Under the pieces are notes generated by a model. That model was given only the letters and a program-made list of their open reading frames with translations, made no database searches and had not been told where the DNA came from. A DNA stretch of 63,925 nucleotides, counting the filler, from Octopus bimaculoides (lineage: Eukaryota): assembly GCF_001194135.2 (NCBI RefSeq). It is 7 parts of 6 records of this genome, joined end to end, with 100 filler letters (N's around TTAATTAATTAA, not from the genome) between each part and the next. Parts side by side here need not be neighbours in the genome. Positions count along the whole stretch, not along the records: positions 31,278 to 57,952 come from NC_068990.1; 6 more parts are not named here. One strand, written 5' to 3'. Made by a program: the position numbers and the translations under genes. Each line of letters begins with the position of its first letter. Position 1 is the stretch's first letter. Positions 38,414-51,189 of this stretch are shown here, in pieces.

Positions 38414-39550
38414 CAGGGTGCATAAGTTATTTGAGGAGATACTCTTTTGGGGTCATTGCTGCATTTTTTGCTAACTCTGTATAATATTTGTTTCAGCAAA
38501 TAATAATGGCAGACCCTTAGCTTTCTCAAGAAATGAAGAGGCATGCTGTTATTGTAGTTATAAACGCAGAGCATAGTGATTTAGAAATATATTGATTTGT
38601 AAAAGTTGCCAGGTTTTTTAATCTACAAAGTTTATAAGAAGCTAGGGACTGAAGATGAAGCATATCACCAGTATTAAAGCATAAAAAGCATTCTAAATGC
38701 TCTGAAATCATCAGAGCACCTGAATTTATCCAGCAAGTTCAACAGACAATTGATTACTATCCCAGATAGTCCATGAGATCAATTGCAAAAGATCTTCATG
38801 TGTCAGAAGGAACAGTCAGAAATGTTGTCCACGAAGACATCAGATATAAATCTTATATGATGAGGAAAGGTCTGTTTGTCAGGAAAAGTGAAAGAAAATT
38901 TCTACATCAGATTTCAAAGGGTCTTAAACAAACTGAAAAATCTGGCAGAAGAATATTTGATTTGGTTTTTCTCAAACGAGAAAAACTTCGACCAAGATCA
39001 AAAAGTCAACAGAAGAAATGACAGATGATTATGTGCAGACCCTTCTGAAGTTCCAAGTGTTATGCATTCAAAATTTCCTGCAACTGTCATTGTTTTAGGG
39101 GTTGTCAGCAATGAAGGACATGTGATGCCTCCTTACTTCTTTCCACAAGGCCTTAGAGTTAACTCTACTATCTACATTGAGGTCCTGGAAATAATTGTTA
39201 AGCCCTGGATAGACAGTGTATGCAACGGAAGGGCATATTTGTTTCAGTAAGACTCTGCACTATCACACATGGCTCTAATAACACAGGAATGAATGACTGA
39301 AAATTTTCATGATCACATAGCCCCTAACATTTGGCCTCCTAATTCCCCAGATCTCAAAACATTGGACTATTACATGTGAAGCGTTGTTGAGAAAGAGGTC
39401 AATGAACATGCTCATAACACCAAATATTCTTTGAAAGTTTTCATAGTCAGAGTAATGTCCCAAATGAACCAGGACCACTTGATTCGAGCATGTAAATGAT
39501 TTAGATCTCATATAGAAGCAATTGTTGAAGCTGAAGGTGGCTTTATTGCC
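38414..39550 (+). mobile_element. Decayed Tc1/mariner-superfamily transposon, maT-like (DD37D)
   Basis: Starts TA|CAGGGTG. HTH region SMRSIAKDLHVSEGTVRNVVHEDIRYKSY; catalytic FQ*DSALSH...WPPNSPDLKTLDY with 37 residues between the last two Asp. Confidence 0.85.
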
Positions 39551-39745
39551 CCACGCATAATAATCAAGGGGTTGCAGTCTGGGGAGTTAGGTGGCCAGAT
39601 GTTAGGAGTGATGTGGTTGCAGAAATTGTCTGACAGCCATGTCTGGGTTCTCCTGCTTGTGTGGCATGGTGCAGAATCCTGTTGCCAGACAAAGCATCTC
39701 CCAGCAGCCACATTTTGTCAAAATGGCTGATCGTTAGTAAGGTGG
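39551..39745 (-). mobile_element. Fragment of a second maT-like transposase in opposite orientation
   Basis: FVWQQDSAPCHTSRRTQTWLSDNFCNHITPNIWPPNSPDCNPL. Confidence 0.85.
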
Positions 39746-39775
39746 GACACACAAATAAGAAAGAAGAAAGCAAAG

Positions 39776-39820
39776 GACCACTGATGAAGTCACAGAAGTG
39801 TGACGAAAGAACTCTGACTG
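39776..39820 (+). ncRNA. Isolated hammerhead-like motif
   Basis: GACCA-CUGAUGA-A-GUCAC-AGAAGU-GUGAC-GAAA-GAACUC-UGACU; core and stem II intact, stems I and III imperfect. Confidence 0.45.
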
Positions 39821-39919
39821 AAATACGATTAATGTAATATAAAGATGAAGCAAATTAACACCAAATATATAGTGCGTGTGTTTTTATTGACTAAACTGGC
39901 AACATGATCATTCCCAAAT

Positions 39920-39956
<37 letters not shown>

Positions 39957-40849
39957 AGCAGAGATATCTGGCACTGCCCGTGTCACATGGAATTGAAGAA
40001 TCAGACTTTTCTTTTATATTTTCTCTAATGAACTGAAATATCTATGATTTGAATTTCATCAAAATTGGAAATTAAGAATTTTAATGAGGGTTCTTTCCCT
40101 CTTTACACACCCTAACAAAAATTCTAATCATGACATATTTATCTCATACAAATCTTTATGCCCAGATTCCAAAATCCAAATCTTATAAAACCTATTCAAA
40201 GGTTTTTGCTCCTGAAAAATGGAGCACATGGATCTCTAAAATGTGGGAGTTAAGGTCCCTATTAATGGGGTCTTAAAGTCAACCACAGAAGTTGAATTGC
40301 TGGGAATCTTTTTAAACTTGTGTCTTATATCTACTGTTCAAATTTCTTTGAAATCGGAAACATATGAATGTCCACTGGGTTTGCAAAAGTGAATAAAGCT
40401 AAAGGAAAAGCAAAAGACAAATGATCACAATAAGCAGTCAGCTACTCTATCTTAGTTGTTACCACTCCCCAATGTAGGATTCCTCACCATACAGGTGACT
40501 GCACAGCTGTAAGATGCATTATGGATCTATAGCAATTGGAAGGAATTGACCCAACTCAAATAAACATTAACAACTGTGTGACGTGAGGCGTAAGGGGAAA
40601 TGAAAGCATTACCTCTGGAGTTTGCCAATGATCACTATGCCGATAGGTAACTGAACAGAATAAATTTGCAATCTATAAATCTCTTTGAATGACCAATCAC
40701 TTATCTGGAAGGGCTTTGGGGACTATCTCTGACCCAGTGATAATAAAAAGACTCAAAAGAGGTCTGCAACCAAATAACTTTACTCAAAATAACACTTTGC
40801 AACAGAATCAGTGGAAGCAAAGGTGCCTCTCCTTTACTTGACAGTTTAT

Positions 40850-41480
40850 GATTCTTCTTTCCAGGTGCATATTACTAAGTTGGCAATAATATGCAGACAT
40901 CTGGCTGGCTGAATCTTTAGAATTTTCAGAATGAGAGGACAGAAAAACATGGTGGTCCTCCGGAAGGTATATATGTCCTCAGCTGCTTAGACTACTGCTA
41001 CCAGTTATAGTCACCACACAGTGTATAATTAACAGTGCAACTTGAAGCAATTCAGGGAAGCTAAAACAAAGATCAACTCGTGACATGTCAGCTATTAAGA
41101 AAGGCTGAAAAAGTTAAGACTCTACTACTTAGAATGAAGGCGGGAACAATATGCAGTGATATACATCTGGAAAATCCAGGAAGGATTTGTACCAAACTTT
41201 AGCATTGAATGTTACACAGACAGCACCAAAGATCCTAACATTGCCATCAAGATACAGGACCAGATACAGCAACAGCTTGGGTTTCGAGGACCCACAGCTC
41301 TTCAGTATTCTTCCAAAAAACCTGAGGAACCTACATGAGATGGATGTAGGTGTCTTCAAAGCAGAACTGGATCGCCTTCTGTCAACAGTTCTGGATGAGC
41401 CTACCTCACAGAACGAAATGGAGATGATAGCAGTGACATAAAACTTCCTTATTCACTGAATTCCACATATCAGAGGGTTT
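40850..41480 (+). mobile_element. CR1-clade LINE 3' fragment
   Basis: YVLSCLDYC and AVIYIWKIQEGFVPNF; homologous to 62860-63660. Confidence 0.85.
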
Positions 41481-41582
41481 CAATTAGTGAACATGTAGCA
41501 AAGCTAACAACAGTGCCCCAGCTCTCAAGTTCAGAATATATGTATGTGTGTATATATATATATATATATGTATATGTGTGTG

Positions 41583-41614
<32 letters not shown>

Positions 41615-41648
41615 CATATATATGTGTGTGTGTGTGTACATATATGTG

Positions 41649-41686
<38 letters not shown>

Positions 41687-42624
41687 NNNNNNNNNNNNNN
41701 NNNNNNNNNNNNNNNNNNNNNNNNNNNNNNNNNNNNNNNNNNNNNNNNNNNNNNNNNNNNNNNNNNNNNNNNNNNNNNNNNNNNNNNNNNNNNNNNNNNN
41801 NNNNNNNNNNNNNNNNNNNNNNNNNNNNNNNNNNNNNNNNNNNNNNNNNNNNNNNNNNNNNNNNNNNNNNNNNNNNNNNNNNNNNNNNNNNNNNNNNNNN
41901 NNNNNNNNNNNNNNNNNNNNNNNNNNNNNNNNNNNNNNNNNNNNNNNNNNNNNNNNNNNNNNNNNNNNNNNNNNNNNNNNNNNNNNNNNNNNNNNNNNNN
42001 NNNNNNNNNNNNNNNNNNNNNNNNNNNNNNNNNNNNNNNNNNNNNNNNNNNNNNNNNNNNNNNNNNNNNNNNNNNNNNNNNNNNNNNNNNNNNNNNNNNN
42101 NNNNNNNNNNNNNNNNNNNNNNNNNNNNNNNNNNNNNNNNNNNNNNNNNNNNNNNNNNNNNNNNNNNNNNNNNNNNNNNNNNNNNNNNNNNNNNNNNNNN
42201 NNNNNNNNNNNNNNNNNNNNNNNNNNNNNNNNNNNNNNNNNNNNNNNNNNNNNNNNNNNNNNNNNNNNNNNNNNNNNNNNNNNNNNNNNNNNNNNNNNNN
42301 NNNNNNNNNNNNNNNNNNNNNNNNNNNNNNNNNNNNNNNNNNNNNNNNNNNNNNNNNNNNNNNNNNNNNNNNNNNNNNNNNNNNNNNNNNNNNNNNNNNN
42401 NNNNNNNNNNNNNNNNNNNNNNNNNNNNNNNNNNNNNNNNNNNNNNNNNNNNNNNNNNNNNNNNNNNNNNNNNNNNNNNNNNNNNNNNNNNNNNNNNNNN
42501 NNNNNNNNNNNNNNNNNNNNNNNNNNNNNNNNNNNNNNNNNNNNNNNNNNNNNNNNNNNNNNNNNNNNNNNNNNNNNNNNNNNNNNNNNNNNNNNNNNNN
42601 NNNNNNNNNNNNNNNNNNNNNTAT

Positions 42625-43050
42625 ACTCTTTTACTCTTTTACTTGTTTCAGTCATTTGACTGCGGCCATGCTGGAGCACCGCCTTTAGTCGAGTAAATCG
42701 ACCCCAGGACTTATTCTTTGTAAGCCTAGTACTTATTCTATCGGTTTCTTTTGCTGAACCGCTAAGTTACGGGGACGTAAACACACCACCATCGGTTGTC
42801 AAGCGATGTTGGGGGGAGGGACAAACACAGACGCACAAACATATACACACACATACATATATATATATATATACATATATACGACGGGCTTCTTTCAGTT
42901 TCTGTCTACCAAATCCACTCACAAGGCTTTGGTCGACCTGGAGCTATAGTAGAAGACACTCTTGCCCAAGGTGCCACGCAGTGGGACTGAACCCAGAACC
43001 ATGTGGTTGATAAGCAAGCTACTTACCACACAGCCACTCCTGCGCCTATG
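42625..43050 (-). mobile_element. Young, near full-length family A SINE
   Basis: Highly similar to 19210-19660. Confidence 0.9.
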
Positions 43051-43149
43051 CATATATATAGATAAATAGATAGATAGATAAATAGACAGACAGACAGATA
43101 GATAGATAGATAGATATAGATATATTAACATAGCAAAAACCAAAGTTTT

Positions 43150-44355
43150 AGTATAATTTAGCAAAAACCAAAAACCAAAGTCTTAGTCTTTGTAAGTAGG
43201 AAGGCAGACAAACCACAAATCCCTTCAGGTAGATGGCCAGGCTTAATCTGTAGAAAAGGTGTTGGTAGCAACTCCATATGATGCATCCAGAGTAAACTTT
43301 AGACACATAAAAGATGCAGCAACATCAGAGGAAGGTTAACAGGGAAACTAGCTTTTATATGCGGAAAATGCACAGGAACAATTAATACTGAAAATGTGCA
43401 GAAAAGAGACGCCATCAACTGCCAGTGGGGCGAGCTAGGTGACCAAGTTAGTAGTGGAAGTGGATGTTCCAAAAGCGTAGCTGTAAGAATAAGATTAAGT
43501 GAGCAAAGTTCAGAGAGCTCCTATACCCTACTGGCAACAAAAGCCTCTCTCTCAGAAGGAAAGGCAGGTTGTTTGAGATCTGTGTGTGAACAGCTATGCT
43601 GCATGGCAGTGAAACATGGGCTATGACAGCTGAGGTCATGCATAAGCCTGAAAGAAATGAAGGCAGTATGCTTCACTGGATGTGCAATGTCAGTGTACAT
43701 GTTTGACAGAGTGTAAGCATCTTGAGAGAAAAGTTGGGTATAAGAGGAATCAGATGTGGTGTGCAAGAGAGACAACTGTGCTAGTATGGTCATGTGATGC
43801 ATATGGATGAGGACAGCTGTGTAAAAATGTGCTGATCTCTAACTGTGGAGGGAATGTGTGGTAGATGTATACCCATGAAGACATGGGATGAGGTGGTGAA
43901 GCATGATCTTCAAATTTTGAGCCTCACAGAGGCAATGACTGGTGAACAAGACCTTTGGTGATGTGCTATGCTTGAGAGGACGCATCAAACCAAGTGCACC
44001 CGTGCTGGTGGAACATAAAGAACATTTTTTGAACGTTGGGGCTCACAGAGGCAAAGTGGCTGAGTTCCTTTTAAGCATTGGGCCTCGTGGAGGCAAAGTG
44101 GTTGAGTTCCTTTCTAGCATTGGGCCTCACAGAGGCAAAGTGGCTGAGTTTCTTTCAAGTGTTGAGCCTCACGGAGGCAAAGTGGTTGAGTTCCTTTTGA
44201 ATGTTGGGCCTCACAGAGGCAATGACCAAGACTTTTGGCATTATGTTGTGCTTGAAAACCAAGCAAAATCGCAATTGTGGCAGATACCAGTGTCACGCAA
44301 ATTGGAACCTATGCTGGCGACATGTAAAAGAACCCATTACACTCTTGGCGTGTAA
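43150..44355 (+). mobile_element. RTE-clade LINE 3' portion (same family as 36420-38345)
   Basis: AAACCACAAATCCCTTCAGGTAGATGG to GAAGACATGGGATGAGGTGGTGAAGCATGA matches the reverse complement of 36900-37730. Confidence 0.85.
44037..44222 (+). repeat. 42-bp minisatellite, about 4.3 copies, inside the RTE 3' end
   Basis: Unit GGGCCTCACAGAGGCAAAGTGGCTGAGTTCCTTTTAAGCATT, contiguous with no spacers. Confidence 0.9.
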
Positions 44356-44479
44356 TGGTTACTTTTACACCAATATAACATCTACATACAGATTTTGAAT
44401 AATAGAATTGCAGATGTGCTTCAAGGAAACACAGCTTGGATTTTAACCCTATCTATATTATATGTATGTGAAGTCCTTT

Positions 44480-44710
44480 CCAGGCCATAGGCTCATAAGT
44501 CCAGTCTGTTGGATTTTATAACAGGTATGTTCCCCACTAGATAGGATACTGCTCTGTCACAGGGTTACTCATTTTTGCCAGATGTGTGAACTAGACCAAC
44601 AAGAAATGAAGTGTTTTTACTCAAGAACACAACACATTGCCCTATTCTGGAACTAAAACCACAATCTTATGGCAATAAGCGCCATAATACTCTAACAACC
44701 ACATCACATT
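44480..44710 (-). mobile_element. Old CORE-like SINE
   Basis: ACTCATTTTTGCCAG...GAAATGAAGTGTTTTTACTCAAGAACACAAC is the reverse complement of the family C core. Confidence 0.6.
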
Positions 44711-44746
44711 TCTCCACATATGCACACATATATATGGGGTGGGTAT

Positions 44747-44778
<32 letters not shown>

Positions 44779-44949
44779 GCAAATATATATATATGTTTAT
44801 GCATAAATGTGTGTTTATATATATGTGCATGTATGTAATTAAATACATGTGTGTGTGTGTGTGTGTGTAACCTCTGGAAAAAATGGGAAAACAATCAGAC
44901 CACAAATATCTACAGGAGAATGGCCCTGTTCAATATGTAGAAAAACTAT

Positions 44950-45650
44950 TTGGAAAAATTCTATACAGTTTGACCCAGTGCAAACATTGAATACATAAGA
45001 TATATAATGAAATCACTGGAAGGTTCCCTGGGAAAGTTGGCTTTGTGCGAGGCAGATGTTCAGCAACAAAATACCTCAGAGCATACAGGAAATAGATTTT
45101 CCCAGATGCCTTGGAAGGTGCTTAGAAGTGGTAGATAGCTTCATTTTTTTTTATTTTTTTTTATTTTTTTTTTTTACATAGGTGTCCTAATAGCAGTGAA
45201 GGAGGATGTTCTGAAAGCATAGTTGCTAGAATATAATGGAGAAAATTTAAAGAGCTAAAATCTATGTTGGCAACAAAAGGCCTTTCCTTCACAGTAAAAA
45301 ACTGATTGTATGGTACTTGTGTACAAATAACTGTGCTATAGTCATGAATGCAGAGGACATGCAGTGACTTGATATGCAACACCAGTATCATGTACAGCAA
45401 AATGCAAATGTTTCATGAGACAAATAAGGTGTAAGAGGAATCAGATGTAGAGAAACCTACTCTTGTATCATCATGTAATGCTTATTAATAAAGGCAACTG
45501 CATTAAGAAGTGCTAATCACTAACAACTGATGGAAACTGTAGAAGAGCATGACCCAGGTAGATGCAGGACAAAATAGTGAAGAATGACCTGTGGATGTTT
45601 GAGTCTCATGGCAGACATGACAAAAGATCAAGATGGTTGGTGATTTGCTG
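44950..45650 (+). mobile_element. Highly decayed RTE fragment
   Basis: GTGGTAGATAGCTTC, ATGGAGAAAATTTAAAGAGCTA and GGAATCAGATGT match the RTE family above. Confidence 0.6.
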
Positions 45651-46663
45651 GTGATTTCCTTCTGCACAAATGAGGCCCTAAATGCATATTATTTATGTCT
45701 GCCCTGACATATCTCTTCCTCACAACTACACTTTGAAATACCTACACCTCCACTCTTCTCACTATTCGCTCATCTGTTTTAACTATATGAGAACCACTTA
45801 CTTTGTATCTCACACTCTCAGTATCATCCCCTACCATCTTATTTTCCACTAAATATCCCCTCCATTTCAACTCTTCCTCTGTACACCCTTTCATTCTTCC
45901 ATCCCCCATGTACCTCTGGCCTCATTCCTGGTGCTGTGCATCTCTTACATATATTCTACATTGCTTGTGGTGCCACCTATCACCTCCTTGACCCAAACAT
46001 ATTTCCTTCACCTTCCTTCATCCAAGCTGATAATCACTGTTGACAACACCTCCTTTTGAATTCACCATCCTTTACATTTGTCCTTATCAATCCACCACTC
46101 TCCTTTCACACTTTCACAATCTTAGCTACCCATTTGCTCTGTCCATCCCTCTAGACCATTTCACTAATGTTCAACTTCCTGTAACTTGAGAGTATGCCCT
46201 TTCACTTCTACACCATCTTCTCTCCTTTTGCAAATGGGTTAGCTGCGTATTTCCTCTGTTGCAGGAAACCAATTTCTATCCCTCTATCATAATTCAACTT
46301 CTCATCACCTGACATAAAGCCACCTCCCTCAATGATACACCCACCTTAGTTGACCAGTCTTGTCTTACATGTTACTTGTTGACCTCACTGGCACCAAATA
46401 GCTTTCAAAAAGCACCCAGTACAAGCTATAAAGTGGTTGGCATTAGGAAGGGCATCCAGATTTACAAGCTATGCCAAAGAAGACATTGCAGCTTGGTGTA
46501 CTGCTCTGGCAAATTGGTTTCTGTCAAAACATTCGAACCCATGTCAGCATGGAAAATGGATATTATATGTTTGCATTTATACGTGTATATTAATGTATGT
46601 ATGTATGCATAAGTATCTGTATATGTATATGAATATATATAGATATGTACATATGAATATGTA

Positions 46664-47010
46664 TAGCTTGCTTACCAACCACATGGTTCCGGGTTGAGTC
46701 CCACCTTGGGCAAGTGTCTTCTACTATAGCCTCGGGCCGACGAAAGCCTTGTGAATGGATTTGGTGGACGGAAACTGAAAGAAGCCCGTCGTATGTATAT
46801 ATGTGTGTGTGTGTGTGTGTGTGTTTGTCCCCCCAACATCGCTTGACAACCAATGCTGGTGTGTTTACGTCCCCATAACTTAGCGGTTCAGCAAAAGTGA
46901 CCGATAGAATAAGTACTAGGCTTACAAAGAATAAGTCCTGGGGTGAATTTGCTCGACTAAAGGCAGTGGTCTAGCATGGCCGCAGTCAAATGACTGAAAC
47001 AAGTAAAATA
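46664..47010 (+). mobile_element. Family A SINE, 5'-truncated
   Basis: From AGCTTGCTTACCAACCACATGGTTCCGGG to GACTGAAACAAGTAAAA. Confidence 0.9.
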
Positions 47011-47349
47011 AAAGAAAGAAAAAAGAAAAGAATTATATATCATCATCATCATCGTCATCGTTTAACGTCCGCTTTCCATGCTANNNNNNNNNNNNNNNNN
47101 NNNNNNNNNNNNNNNNNNNNNNNNNNNNNNNNNNNNNNNNNNNNNNNNNNNNNNNNNNNNNNNNNNNNNNNNNNNNNNNNNNNAAGACAAAACTTGACGC
47201 TTTCCTCTCCACGATACCAGACGAACCAATGGTAATTGCAGCAATAAGTTACATTCTAATAATAATACTGACAACATCAATAATAATGATATCAGTAATA
47301 ATTATAATAACAATGCTAATAATAATAGTAGTAGTAGTAGAAACAATAA

Positions 47350-47500
47350 TCTTTTCTACTATAGGCACAAGGCCTGGAATTTGAGGAGAGGGGTTAGTCG
47401 ATCACATTGACCCCAGTGCTTGACTGGTACTTAATTTATCGACCCTCAAAGGATGAAAGGCAAAGTCAACCTCAGCAGAATTTGAACTCAGAACGTAGCG
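47350..47500 (-). mobile_element. Family B SINE (tail variant 1), truncated
   Basis: TTTTCTACTATAGGCACAAGGCC...AAAGTCAACCTCAGCAGAATTTGAACTCAGAACG. Confidence 0.85.
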
Positions 47501-47513
47501 ACAAGCAAAACAA

Positions 47514-47559
<46 letters not shown>

Positions 47560-47949
47560 TGTAGTGGTAGTAAAATTTGTTATAACAATGATAATAGAAG
47601 GAAAAGATAGAACCAGTATCTATATCTAAAATTAATTGTCAGACACCATCATTAGTACCTTTGTACTCAAACGTAATAAGACATCACATGTCTTGGAAGC
47701 TAATTCATATTTTTTTGTTGCCTGACAGGTAACTGGCATTAAAAATAGCTCAAATAATAATAATAATGATAATGTTGCAACTAACAATGTTCTAAATCAC
47801 TGTACATTACCACTTAACAACATTAACCCAGCCTATATTTAGACACAATTAGCAGATTCAGTGTAAGAACAATAGATTGAATAGATTAGGCAAGCAGCAG
47901 TTATTACGATACAGCTGTGTCTTCAAGGTTCAAGTTTCCACAGGTCTAC

Positions 47950-48130
47950 CTACATTATTACATTGTTTTTTCAAGCACTGAATAAGTGCTTTCTTCCTTC
48001 TAATAAATATCATGTATTGCTTAATAAACACACTGTAAAGTTCTCTTATTCTACTACATCAAATATAGCAGATAATATAATAGCAATGAACTGTAGGAAA
48101 TTAAATAATATTGTTAATTACACAAATAGT
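47950..48130 (+). mobile_element. Decayed Penelope-like element coding fragment (linker between RT and GIY-YIG)
   Basis: FFQALNKCFLPSNKYHVLLNKHTVKFSYSTTSNIADNIIAMNCRKL resembles the PLE motif FLxLIDKHFP..HKLHKIFNRNTVKVSYSC.xNI..II..HN.K (recalled consensus). Confidence 0.7.
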
Positions 48131-49310
48131 ATGACTATGCCTATTAGTTTATCTCAACCTAACACCACCCCTCCTGTGACATCACCTCTCTAGATGACAG
48201 TAATAATACTTATCCAATGCCTATTCCCCATTAAATCAATAATAACAATAATAACAACAATAACAACAATAATAATAATAATGATAATAATAATAATAAT
48301 AATATGCAAGCCTCAATCAATTCAATAACACAACCCAAATAAAATAATCCATAAACACAAGACACACTCTATACAGTAAATATCCAATAAAGTGAACAGC
48401 CTCCACAACATATACTCTACAGGCTGGATACTCAACAAAAGAACACAATTCACATTACACACGCAACACATAATACAAATGCTAATGTGACAGAAGTCTC
48501 CAGCGAAACCCCATAACAAAACAAACTGATGCAATACAATACTGGGAAGAACTTGAACTCCCCCAACAACAAAACAGAACATACAATGCTGCATACACCT
48601 CAGCAACATGGAGGTATAGCAGGTGACGCAGTAGAAATCTACCTGACTATTTTGAATAGTAATAATAATAATAGTGATAATAATGTTTCAGTTTTTTAGC
48701 TCTGTAACTGTAGGAATAATTTTAATTGCTCTCTAAGTAACCTGTTCCTCCACAATAACATAGTATAAAATACTCTAACTATACACCTAATAAATTTACT
48801 GCTAGTGCCATGGTTATAGAATTAAAGGTATAATGGAATAACTATTTGAATTCCTTTAAAGATAAGACAAAACTGCATAGGGCATCTCTGGGACCTAAGA
48901 ATCCTGAGCGGTGGTAACATTAACTGTTTGATTTCATAGTCTATTATTTCAACTGCCTTTCCTTATAAAGTGGAGGGAGTAGTTGTGGTGGGTGTTCTAC
49001 AGAAGTAATTGAAATTCTTAAAAGTCAAATAGATCTTGTTAACAAACATGATAAATTGTTAGTTGAATGCACTCATTGTATTAACAAACGTTTTTTAAAT
49101 AAGGTCTACTCAGTGTATAACAGTACCTGGATCTTCTAAGATCTTTGTTATTCATTGATACAATATGCTCTTCTACCAGTTGATAATGCTGGTTTGCATA
49201 TGTAAGTTTATGTACTTTCAGTTGGTTGGTTTACCTATTCCGCATACTTGTCACACCTGAAAATCCAATTGTATCTATAGAGACTGTATGCTTTTTGATA
49301 GAGGAGAAAT

Positions 49311-49617
49311 AATAATGAATCAGTTTAAGAAAAACAGAGAATAGAGAATATCCAATTTTTTTCTATTATTTATGCAGTCATCTAATTACTTATATCTTTT
49401 GCCTACATTACGTTTCTGCTGCCATCAGAGTACATCTTAAAGCTCATTATGATGCTATAATCTATCAAAGGCTTCTTCAGGACATTTTGACCACTATCTA
49501 GATTTCTTTTGATGGCAGTGGAAATGTAATGTAGGCAAAAAATATAATTAAATGACTGCATAAATAATAAAAAAATTGGATATCCTCTATTCTGTTTTCC
49601 TTAAACTAATTCATTAT
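49311..49617. mobile_element. MITE/foldback with inverted arms of about 115 bp
   Basis: TAATGAATCAGTTTAAG...CTGCTGCCATCA mirrored by TGATGGCAGTGG...CTTAAACTAATTCATTA. Confidence 0.8.
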
Positions 49618-51189
49618 ANNNNNNNNNNNNNNNNNNNNNNNNNNNNNNNNNNNNNNNNNNNNNNNNNNNNNNNNNNNNNNNNNNNNNNNNNNNNNNNNNN
49701 NNNNNNNNNNNNNNNNNNNNNNNNNNNNNNNNNNNNNNNNNNNNNNNNNNNNNNNNNNNNNNNNNATATATAAATTTTGTATGTATGCTTGTGCATATCT
49801 ATATATGTATATATGTATGTATATATTTTGTCTTATAACTGAAAGGCTTTCTATGCATTCAAATACTTGTGTTGTATTTTTTATCACCCTTGTATTTTGC
49901 TTTTATATAGTTTCTGATTTTCTGATATGTGAAGCAGTAGCAATTTTGATATCTATTATGTGAATGCTTTCAACAAACATCTTTTGTTACTAACTCATTG
50001 GTGGCACCTTATAATATTCAGTATGCAAGTAGAACATTATGTAACTTTATCATTCATAAGAATACTGAATACCAATTTCAAATAAATTATTAAAATTTAC
50101 CATTTTACAATGAAGTTCTGTTATTGTTTACCATAGAGTCATTCAACCATATTCACTTAATTTTATATTGTTTCTAAAATTTGTACAAATGTTATAGACT
50201 TCTGTAAGAAACAGTAAAATGTTTTATTGGTCTGAAAATATTTAAACATAAACATGTTTCTATAGAAATCAATGAATATATGTATAGCTTAAATTTTATT
50301 ATTTTAATTTAATATAATTTAACAAATCCTACAACATTAGTTTTTCTTACTATGTAAAATATATTATAGAGCATTTTGAAATGTCCTTTATACTATACCA
50401 ACCAAACAGTTCACAGAATTTAGACTGTTTTGATAATCATTAGTTTACTATCAATGTGTGTAGTTTCCTTACAAGCCACTCCAGTTTTTTTCAGCTTCAC
50501 TTGTTACTTTCACCTCTTCTCTATCTCTAAATACCTTTTCCAGTTGGTTATACTGTAAGTTAGAGGGCTTACTATTCCCTTCTAGCTGTTGGCATTACCA
50601 GCAGACAAATGGTTTCTGGGTAATTTCCTTGGGTTAAAAAGTAGTAACATAGTAACATAGTCCTGTGCAGGACTGCCATGTTATGTTGGCAAAGAAACTT
50701 TGATATTCAGAACTATTACTACATAGATCTCATTCTGAGATTTAAAACTAGTTGCTTACGAGATCAGCGAGTGACAGTTGCTTCAATAAATATATATAGT
50801 GTGAGTAAGGTTGACTGGTTGCTGTCTCTAGCCAGGTGGTTGTCCAGTACCAAAGAAGGGAAATTACCCAGAAACCATTGGTCTGCTGGTACTACCAACA
50901 ACTAGAAGGAAGTAGTAAGCCCCTTTACTTACAGTATATCTTGGACACAGACTATGTTTCAATAAACCAGCTGGAAAAGATGTTTTCCTGGGTTTAAAAA
51001 GTTGTAACATAGTCCTATGCAAGACTTCTACATTATGTTAGCAAATAAACTTTAATATTCAGTACTGTTACTATATAGATCTCATTCAGAGATTTAAAAC
51101 CAGTTGTTTTTATCCTTATATATATATATAAGTCACCATATTTCATTCCATAATGGCTACCTCTGAAGAGCACATGGTAACATAATCGG

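Noticed and set aside
41513-42696. Longest ORFs in the track (poly-X; also 5717-6472, 27718-28560, 35762-36436 and 51862-52530)
   Set aside because: They are open only because N-runs and (TA)n/(TG)n contain no stops.
44037-44222. CRISPR-like regular repeats
   Set aside because: Contiguous 42-bp units with no unique spacers, no cas genes, eukaryotic context.
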